Origin: Candidatus Tayloriibacteriota bacterium
GTDB lineage: Bacteria > Patescibacteriota > Minisyncoccia > Phycocordibacterales > UBA10002
NCBI GenBank assembly: GCA_009694955.1
Contig: SIBZ01000002.1
Coordinates: forward strand, 1,418 to 65,417
DNA length: 64,000 nt
Reading direction: 5' to 3'
Below the pieces are notes generated by a model. That model saw only the letters and a program-made list of their open reading frames with translations, searched no databases and was not told where the DNA came from. Positions 16,897 through 23,866 of this stretch are shown here, piece by piece. Position 1 is the stretch's first letter. Every line of letters begins with the position of its first letter. The position numbers and the translations under genes are program-made.

Positions 16897-16982
16897 AGAA
16901 TAGAAATTTCTAATGAAGAGGTGGCTACAGTATATACAACTTTGCGGCACTTGAAAAAGTGCCCTCAAGAAAGGAGCGGATT

Positions 16983-17615
16983 CTAGATAAGCTGGGTGAA
17001 ATTCCGTATAAGCTGGAGTCCCGCTTCCCCGCTCTTTTCGGGATGGAACTGGCAACCATAGATATTCCCCTTCCGGATGACTGAGCAAAACTCTGTTCCG
17101 CCATACGACGAGAGGCCCAGTATATTTTCTTTCCGGCTCGGCTTGAAGATATAGGAATGAGTAAAGTACATACGTGGCTTCTCTCCGGGAACGAGGATAC
17201 TTCCCTCCCAGGATGTCTCCGTGCCTGGATAGACCTCATTCCATCCAACTTCGGGTATTTTTTCCTTGACTGCATCCGCATCAAACCGGACAACTTCCCC
17301 TTCGATAATACCGAGCCCGTCAAAGACTCCGAATTCGTGCCCTTGCTCGAGCATGAGCTGTGCTCCGAGACAGATGCCGAGCATCGGACGATTATGCACC
17401 GCGACATGTTGTACCGCCTCCGTAAGATTGCGGAGCTTCAAGCCGCGCATTCCCGCTTCGAACGAACCGACTCCCGGAAGAATCACTGCATCGGACACCC
17501 GAATCTCTTCCGCATCCTCGGAAATGATTGCATCGAAACCAAGGTGCGCGAAAGCCTTCTTCAGGCTCTGCAGATTTCCGACTCCGTAATCAACGATGGT
17601 TATTCTAGAAGCCAT
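16983..17615 (-). CDS. hisH: Glutamine amidotransferase subunit, imidazole-glycerol-phosphate-synthase HisH family (glycan-cluster paralog)
   Basis: ATG at 17615, 210 aa. ITIVDYGVGNL, PGVGSF and GICLGAQ (catalytic Cys) motifs present. Confidence 0.85.
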   Translation of the reverse strand: MASRITIVDYGVGNLQSLKKAFAHLGFDAIISEDAEEIRVSDAVILPGVGSFEAGMRGLKLRNLTEAVQHVAVHNRPMLGICLGAQLMLEQGHEFGVFDGLGIIEGEVVRFDADAVKEKIPEVGWNEVYPGTETSWEGSILVPGEKPRMYFTHSYIFKPSRKENILGLSSYGGTEFCSVIRKGNIYGCQFHPEKSGEAGLQLIRNFTQLI

Positions 17616-17646
17616 ACAAATTCCTAATTACCCGATACACTCGTTT

Positions 17647-18420
17647 TTAATGAAATTGGGGGATGCGCCGTATGGCAACACCTTTTGCGTCCAAATACTC
17701 CTTGACGCTCCCTATCGTACAATCGTCATAGTGAAATATCGAAGATACCGCCACCGCATCGGCTTTCCCTTTACTGATGACTTCTTCCATATGCGCCGCG
17801 TTCCCGGCCCCGCCGTGGGCAATCACCGGAATAGGCGCCCACGACGCAATCGCCGACGTAAGTTTTGTGTCGTACCCTTTCCTCGTCCCGTCTTGGTCGA
17901 TAGAGGTGAGGAGTATCTCACCGACGCCGAGCCCGACCGCCTGTTTCGCCCACTCGATTGCGTCGAGACCGGTGCTTTCCCTGCCTCCATCGGTATACAC
18001 CTCCCATTTCCCCTCACTTTTCTTCTTCGCTTCGATATAGAGGACGATGCACTGCGAGCCGAACTCCAGAGCCGCTTCGCGCAAAAATTCCGGACGAGAA
18101 ACAGCGTACGTGTTTATCGCCACCTTATCGGCTCCGACACGGAGCGCGTTTTTGATGTCCGAGAGCGAACGGATACCCCCTCCGACAGTGATAGGGATAA
18201 AAATATCTTCGGAAACACTTTTGAGCAGTTCAAAATCGAAATTGCGCTGATACAGGCTTGCCACGATATCGAGATACATAAGTTCATCAGCTCCCTGCCT
18301 GTAATAGCGTACCGCGAGCTCTTTCGGGTCACCCACAATCCGGAGCGCTTCGGTATGAACCGGCTTCACCACATTCGGTCCTTTGATATGGAGTGTTGGA
18401 ATAATTCGGATATTTTTCAT
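17647..18420 (-). CDS. hisF: Cyclase subunit, HisF family (glycan-cluster paralog)
   Basis: ATG at 18420, 257 aa. IIPTLHIKG...GADELMYLDI...TVGGGIRS, typical of a HisF (beta/alpha)8 barrel. Confidence 0.85.
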   Translation of the reverse strand: MKNIRIIPTLHIKGPNVVKPVHTEALRIVGDPKELAVRYYRQGADELMYLDIVASLYQRNFDFELLKSVSEDIFIPITVGGGIRSLSDIKNALRVGADKVAINTYAVSRPEFLREAALEFGSQCIVLYIEAKKKSEGKWEVYTDGGRESTGLDAIEWAKQAVGLGVGEILLTSIDQDGTRKGYDTKLTSAIASWAPIPVIAHGGAGNAAHMEEVISKGKADAVAVSSIFHYDDCTIGSVKEYLDAKGVAIRRIPQFH

Positions 18421-18653
18421 GTCTGAAACGCCGGCTCTCGGCCTATCTTTTTCCGCACATTGTTTCTATAATGGGGCATTCTTAGGACGACCTTTCCGAA
18501 TATATATCGGATGCAAAACCCGCCTTCCCAAAAAGAATCTGCGACCGTATCGGACTATAGTAGCTTGTCGGCTTAGAAAAGAAAACTGGTGTTTTTCTTT
18601 TTCGCCTCCACAGTGCTCATAACTCCGATTAGCGGGCGGTAGTTACAGCATAT

Positions 18654-20168
18654 ATGCCTCATACACGAAAGCCAAAAATCTGTTTCTTTCTCCAAAGGAG
18701 CTACGCCTTTACTGGCCACGCGCTTGCCGAGCTCTTGAAGGAAAAGTACGGCGTGGAAGAGTTTTGCGCGTACACAGGGCTCCGAAAAGTACACGATGCT
18801 CTCAAGCGGAAACACACGGTTTCCTACAGCACGCTTCTCCTCGACGAGGACGTGCACAACCGCTATACGGACGAGAAACTCGACCTGCAGTATCTTACCT
18901 GGCTTGAAAAGGAATATGGTATTCCGAACGTCTGGCCGTATCTGTGCCTCGACCGTGAAATAATGTCCAACCAGGCAAAGCGCGAGTATCCGTACAATAC
19001 ACCGAGATACACACACGAAGAAATGCTCCGCATTCTCCAAGTGACCGCCAAAGCCGTCATTTCATTTCTTGATACCGAGAAACCGGACGCGGTTATCTTT
19101 TCCACCGTGGGTAACGTTCCCGGCTACCTCCTGTATGAAATTGCGAAGAAAAGAGGCATCAAGGTGCTCTATATTCTCACGGCGCCGATCCGCGAACGGA
19201 TTGTGGTAAGTGAGACGTACGACTCCTTCAGCGACACAAACACGCTTTTCAAAGAACGACTCGCGAGCGGAAAGAAGGATACATACTATGAGGAAGCGAA
19301 GAAGGTGCTCGAGGACTTCCGAAACGCGCCTGTCCCCTATGACCCACGCCGGACACCTGAAGCGCAACAGGTGAACCGACGGAAACAACTCCGTTTTCTC
19401 GCGCCGAAAAACTTTCTTCGTTCGATTTCTTGGTTCGTACGGCTTACGTACGAATACGCATTCGGCACGACAAGAAACGACTATACCTCGGTAAACCCGT
19501 TTCATTACGCGCTCGACCATATACGGAGGAAGGCACGGAACCTCTGTGGCGCGTCCGACCTGTACGACGCCTTTATCCCCGAAGAGCCGTACGCCTATTT
19601 CGCGCTCACGTACGAGCCGGAAATCAGCCTGCTTCTCCTCGCTCCGTTCGCCCAGGATCAAATTAATTGCATACGGCACGCGGCGCGTTCACTTCCCGTC
19701 GGATGGAAACTGTATGTAAAGGAGCACCCGGAAATGGCGCACTTCCGTCCCCGTTCGTATTACAAGGAGCTAAAGAAAATCCCCAACGTGAAGTTCATTT
19801 CCCCCACCATCGGAGGGTTCACGCTCCTTCGTCACGCACAGCTTGTCTTTACCATAACTGGTTCGGCGGCATGGGAAGGTCTTGTTTTCAAAAAACCGGC
19901 TATCGTGTTCGGCAATCAATTTTATAACGTGCTCTCGATGGTGAAGAAATGCGCCGAGCCGGAAACACTTCCGTTTCTCGTTAAGCAACAGCTCGAAGAG
20001 TTTTCCCACGACGAAGAAGAACTGCTTTGCTACACCGCCGCCCTTATCGAGGATTCGGCCTTTCTCCCCTTCATTTATTTATGGGAGGAAGAATTCGACG
20101 AAGAGAAGAAAAAACGAGGACTCGCGCCTCTTGCCGACCTTTTGGCAAAAAAGCTCGGCCTCGCGTAA
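18654..20168 (+). CDS. Capsule_synth-like (KpsC/KpsS-type) putative glycosyltransferase, second copy
   Basis: ATG at 18654, 504 aa. YVKEHPEM...ITGSAAWEGLVFKKPAIVFG aligns with the paralog at 5021-6475. Confidence 0.55.
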   Translation: MPHTRKPKICFFLQRSYAFTGHALAELLKEKYGVEEFCAYTGLRKVHDALKRKHTVSYSTLLLDEDVHNRYTDEKLDLQYLTWLEKEYGIPNVWPYLCLDREIMSNQAKREYPYNTPRYTHEEMLRILQVTAKAVISFLDTEKPDAVIFSTVGNVPGYLLYEIAKKRGIKVLYILTAPIRERIVVSETYDSFSDTNTLFKERLASGKKDTYYEEAKKVLEDFRNAPVPYDPRRTPEAQQVNRRKQLRFLAPKNFLRSISWFVRLTYEYAFGTTRNDYTSVNPFHYALDHIRRKARNLCGASDLYDAFIPEEPYAYFALTYEPEISLLLLAPFAQDQINCIRHAARSLPVGWKLYVKEHPEMAHFRPRSYYKELKKIPNVKFISPTIGGFTLLRHAQLVFTITGSAAWEGLVFKKPAIVFGNQFYNVLSMVKKCAEPETLPFLVKQQLEEFSHDEEELLCYTAALIEDSAFLPFIYLWEEEFDEEKKKRGLAPLADLLAKKLGLA

Positions 20169-20200
20169 CCCGTGCCTCACGAAAACGATAACCGAAATCT

Positions 20201-21055
20201 ATGATTCACGCGCTCCGCACACTCTACCGGACATACATCCATTCCCCGTCGCTCGACAGGGCTCTGTACGCGTTCCTTGACGCGAGTACGAACCTCCTTG
20301 CCTATACGCGGGGATTTTCGTTTCCTTCAAACTACATCCGCCGGTGGAAACTCGATATGCTCTTTGGGAGCTACGAGCCCGAGACAACTAAGCTCTTTGC
20401 AAACATTATCCGCCCCGGAATGACGGTTGTTGATATCGGCGCGCATATCGGCTATTTCACCCGCCTGTTTTCCAAGCTTGCCGGAGCACGCGGCCAGATT
20501 CTCGCCTTCGAGGCGGACCCGACGAATTACGCGCTCCTTGTACGAAATACGTCCCGCACGAAAAATGTACGATGTGTCCCGCTTGCCGTTACGGACAAGA
20601 AAGGTATCGTCGACTTCTACCACTTTGACGACAAAAGCGGAGCGCACAGTACGATTCCGAATATTCCGCTTCCGTTCGAAAAGCGGGTCTTACATGTTCC
20701 TTCAACAAGCTTGGACGGGTGGCTCGACGAGCAAGGTATCGTAGCGGTTGATGTGGTGAAAATGGATATCGAGGGCGGGGAGAGTACTGCTCTCTGCGGA
20801 ATGACAAAAACGCTAGGGCGCGCACGGGTACTTGTCACGGAATGCGCTCCTGCCTGGATAGAGGCAGCCGGAAGCACCCCCTTGCGGTTTCTTCAGACCA
20901 TCGAATCAGCCGGTTTTTCAATCTTCGCGGTTACCGCGAAGGGACTCATCGCTCTTTCTCCGGTACAAGATGAGACATACAGGGAACTACTTCCCCGCCC
21001 AAAAGCCGGTTCGCATCAGAGCGAATTCATCAATCTGTACTGTGTGAAAAAATGA
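20201..21055 (+). CDS. FkbM-family SAM-dependent methyltransferase
   Basis: ATG at 20201, 284 aa. VVDIGAHIGYFT...AFEADPTNY...VKMDIEGGE are characteristic of FkbM. Confidence 0.8.
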   Translation: MIHALRTLYRTYIHSPSLDRALYAFLDASTNLLAYTRGFSFPSNYIRRWKLDMLFGSYEPETTKLFANIIRPGMTVVDIGAHIGYFTRLFSKLAGARGQILAFEADPTNYALLVRNTSRTKNVRCVPLAVTDKKGIVDFYHFDDKSGAHSTIPNIPLPFEKRVLHVPSTSLDGWLDEQGIVAVDVVKMDIEGGESTALCGMTKTLGRARVLVTECAPAWIEAAGSTPLRFLQTIESAGFSIFAVTAKGLIALSPVQDETYRELLPRPKAGSHQSEFINLYCVKK

Positions 21056-21067
21056 GCTGTCGCTCTG

Positions 21068-22261
21068 CTATGTTGTCTTCGTACGGCAGTGCGTGAAAAC
21101 CTGCTCAAATGCTTTCGCGAGTACCGATGCATCAAGCGTCTTTGCCCTCGCGAGTGTTTGGTGCGCGCACAACGTGCGCAGTGGCGCGTTCTCTCCGAGC
21201 TCGGTGATGCGCGTACATAACTCTTCTGGATTCTCGTTTTGAAACGTGAGCGCCGTTTTGTCCGAAAGCCACTCGAGCGCTCCGCCACCGGGAATGATGG
21301 AAGGCAGGCCGAACGCCATCGCCTCGGTCAGTACCGCGGAGCCGTATTCTATCCACCATCGCGGAAAGATAAATACATGAGCGTCTTTGAAAAATCCGTA
21401 CAGTACTTCCCGCGGGACCCATCCGGGGAACGTGACCTCCCGTTCAATACCGAGCAAAACCGCCATCTTTTCCAGTTTTTCCTTTTCCGGTCCCCCTCCC
21501 GAAATAATTAAACGGTAACGTTCTCTACGTGGGAGGAGAGAAAATGCCCGAAGCAGGATATCGAATCCTTTTTCGGGAAGCATGCGTCCTGTGGCAAAAA
21601 GCGTCAGCACGGAACCATCCGCCTGATGCGAAGCGACCCGTTCGTCCGTAATCGCGTAGCGCTCCATAAGCGCGCGGGTTGCGATAAAATCCGGAATAAC
21701 GACTGTTGGTTTGTGTACCGCGATACCGAATGTCTTGTAGAGTTCCTGCACGTGAGGCGTATTGAAAATGAAGGCGTCCAGATGGTTCGCAATGGGTGCA
21801 CCGATATACCGCTCAAGCGCTCTCCTGATTTTCTTTTTACAGCGCCGATAGAAGGAAGGGTTCGCCACGGTACCCGACGTATCTCCCCACGCGTTAAGAC
21901 GGATATTGAAAAACCCGATGACGGGAACCTTCCCTCCAAGCAACCGGTACATTCCACCTCCGTAGAGAAACATATGACCGTCGATGTAGAGCGCATCCGC
22001 TTTGGATTCGAACTCTCGCAGGAGCGAAAAGATGCCACGTTGCAGACCAATAAGTGTGCGTGACGCGATACAGCGCTCCTCGACCGCGTACGGAAGCGCG
22101 CAGGGTATGCGGTCCGCGTTCGAAAACGCGGTGACAACCAAAACGTCGTGCCCGAGTTCTTGAAGCCCCTTCGCCTTCAAATGCACGTCAACAACCGAAC
22201 CACCGACGGGAGCCCCGTCAGTCTCAAAAACAAGTTTTGAAGTAATGCATACAATTCTCAT
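21068..22261 (-). CDS. GT-B glycosyltransferase (GT4-like)
   Basis: ATG at 22261, 397 aa. C-terminal half has GRMLPEKGFDILL...E(x7)E-like block EYGSAVLTEAMAFGLP. Confidence 0.8.
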   Translation of the reverse strand: MRIVCITSKLVFETDGAPVGGSVVDVHLKAKGLQELGHDVLVVTAFSNADRIPCALPYAVEERCIASRTLIGLQRGIFSLLREFESKADALYIDGHMFLYGGGMYRLLGGKVPVIGFFNIRLNAWGDTSGTVANPSFYRRCKKKIRRALERYIGAPIANHLDAFIFNTPHVQELYKTFGIAVHKPTVVIPDFIATRALMERYAITDERVASHQADGSVLTLFATGRMLPEKGFDILLRAFSLLPRRERYRLIISGGGPEKEKLEKMAVLLGIEREVTFPGWVPREVLYGFFKDAHVFIFPRWWIEYGSAVLTEAMAFGLPSIIPGGGALEWLSDKTALTFQNENPEELCTRITELGENAPLRTLCAHQTLARAKTLDASVLAKAFEQVFTHCRTKTT

Positions 22262-22317
22262 TCCGATGAGTGAGATACGTGAGCAAGCTAGATATGCTTT
22301 GCAAACACAGAACGTTT

Positions 22318-22995
22318 TTAGTATTCGACGCTCCGGTCGCCAGTGATGAGCTCAATATCAAGCAAAGATGGATTGGCTTTGAGAGCCTGCAACACCTCTG
22401 TGGCTTGAAGCTCATCCCGCAAACGGACCGAGAACACGAACGCGTCGACGCCTGGGGCGTGTGTTCTCGATTGGAGCAGTCCGAACGAGTCGGAATACTT
22501 TTTCAGTACCGAGAATACCGTGTTAATGTCAAGACGGTCCTTGGCGTTAAAGGTGAGAATAAAACCAGCGTTACTTGAAATACTACCGAAATTAAACCGG
22601 TCCAGCACCATAATGATGATTGAAATCAGCACGACCGAGATAAGGGCAACCGAATAATTGTTCGTACCGACGGCGATACCCGCGGCAAGCGCGAAGAACA
22701 GGAACGCCACATCGCGTGTTTCCTTAAGGATGGTCCGGAATCGGATGAACGAGAACGCGCCGAGGAGCGCCACCGCGCCGATGAGATTTTGCTGGACAAT
22801 CATCATAATGACGGTTCCCAAAATCCCCACAATGACGAGTGTAAACACGAAGGACGGAGCGTAAGAAAGACCGCGGTGCGTGCGCTTATACACCAGCACG
22901 ACGCACAGTTGTAACAAAAGAGAGAAGAGAATGTTCAGCACGATGATGGCTGCCGAAAGTTCTCCCGCGACGGTGAGATTATAGAAATTATTCAT
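22318..22995 (-). CDS. DUF4956-family integral membrane protein
   Basis: ATG at 22995, 225 aa with about 5 hydrophobic helices. The block LLGAFSFIRFRT...RDVAFLF matches my memory of DUF4956. Confidence 0.65.
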   Translation of the reverse strand: MNNFYNLTVAGELSAAIIVLNILFSLLLQLCVVLVYKRTHRGLSYAPSFVFTLVIVGILGTVIMMIVQQNLIGAVALLGAFSFIRFRTILKETRDVAFLFFALAAGIAVGTNNYSVALISVVLISIIIMVLDRFNFGSISSNAGFILTFNAKDRLDINTVFSVLKKYSDSFGLLQSRTHAPGVDAFVFSVRLRDELQATEVLQALKANPSLLDIELITGDRSVEY

Positions 22996-23004
22996 AACGT
23001 AACG

Positions 23005-23856
23005 TTATCGGGGTAATGGGTCTAAACGATTAAGCGCATCCACCGCGGAGACATACTTCGAGAATGCCTGCCGGGAGAGTTTGAAACGCCGGAGGATTTC
23101 CCCGAACCACCACGGCATCGCGTCTCGGAACTTTATCTCCATAATAACCGCCCCTTCCCGTATGGGGAGCATTGCAGGACTATTATAGGCAAAATCACGC
23201 CAATGGCAAGTTTGCAAATCGCTGTCAAACGTGACGCGGACGGGAAAAACGAACGACGAGACGTAGGCAGTACGACGGTATTTCACGACCGTCATCGGCC
23301 GGTATCCTTTCATAAGGTAGAGGAAAAAGAACTCCCTGAGAAAAGCGGATGTCTTTACAGCTTCATGCTTCAGAAGTCCAACCATATCTCGGTCGAGAAA
23401 CTGGCGCCAGAGGGAAACGGGCAATGCGCTTCTCTTTTTATGCACCGACATATCGTGTTTTTCTTTTATTTCGAGCCACACCGCTTCTATCTCCCCCGAA
23501 AAGTCGGACTGGTAGACACGCGCACGGAGTTTGCGCCGAAATTTCAGGCCGGCAAGCTTATCGTAATAGTCCTCGAGGGTTGGCGTGTCGAAATAGACGC
23601 TGGTGACGTGGTACGGTTCGGACACGGAGGCGCTGTCACGCCGGAGCCCGACATGCTCGAGATAGAGCTGTATCTCCTCCGCCTCCGCCCGCGAAAGTAC
23701 GTATTTGAACTCGTGTCGCAAGTGCCTTTGTGCAGACCGCCCTTCCTCCGTATGCACGGCCGCCTTCCCGTTCTGAAACCAAAAAACGCCGATGTGGTGG
23801 CGGAGTCTGGCGAACGGTTTTAAAGATACTGTATGATGCGTCTCTGATGTGCTCAT
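23005..23856 (-). CDS. VTC-domain (polyphosphate-polymerase-like tunnel domain) protein
   Basis: ATG at 23856; the track GTG at 23892 would overlap the CotH gene. SVYFDTPTLEDYYDKLAGLKFRRKLRARVY and VRVTFD blocks are typical of bacterial VTC-domain proteins. Confidence 0.65.
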   Translation of the reverse strand: MSTSETHHTVSLKPFARLRHHIGVFWFQNGKAAVHTEEGRSAQRHLRHEFKYVLSRAEAEEIQLYLEHVGLRRDSASVSEPYHVTSVYFDTPTLEDYYDKLAGLKFRRKLRARVYQSDFSGEIEAVWLEIKEKHDMSVHKKRSALPVSLWRQFLDRDMVGLLKHEAVKTSAFLREFFFLYLMKGYRPMTVVKYRRTAYVSSFVFPVRVTFDSDLQTCHWRDFAYNSPAMLPIREGAVIMEIKFRDAMPWWFGEILRRFKLSRQAFSKYVSAVDALNRLDPLPR

Positions 23857-23866
23857 GAAGTGAGAA

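Noticed and set aside
16946-16963. Hairpin GGCACTT-GAAA-AAGTGCC in the hisH-amidotransferase spacer
   Set aside because: It has a 7-bp stem but no U-run on the transcribed (minus) strand. It lies inside a functionally coupled trio, so termination here is unlikely.
17596-18426. 276-aa plus-strand ORF
   Set aside because: It is antisense to the hisF paralog. It is Arg-rich and low-complexity. Shadow ORF.
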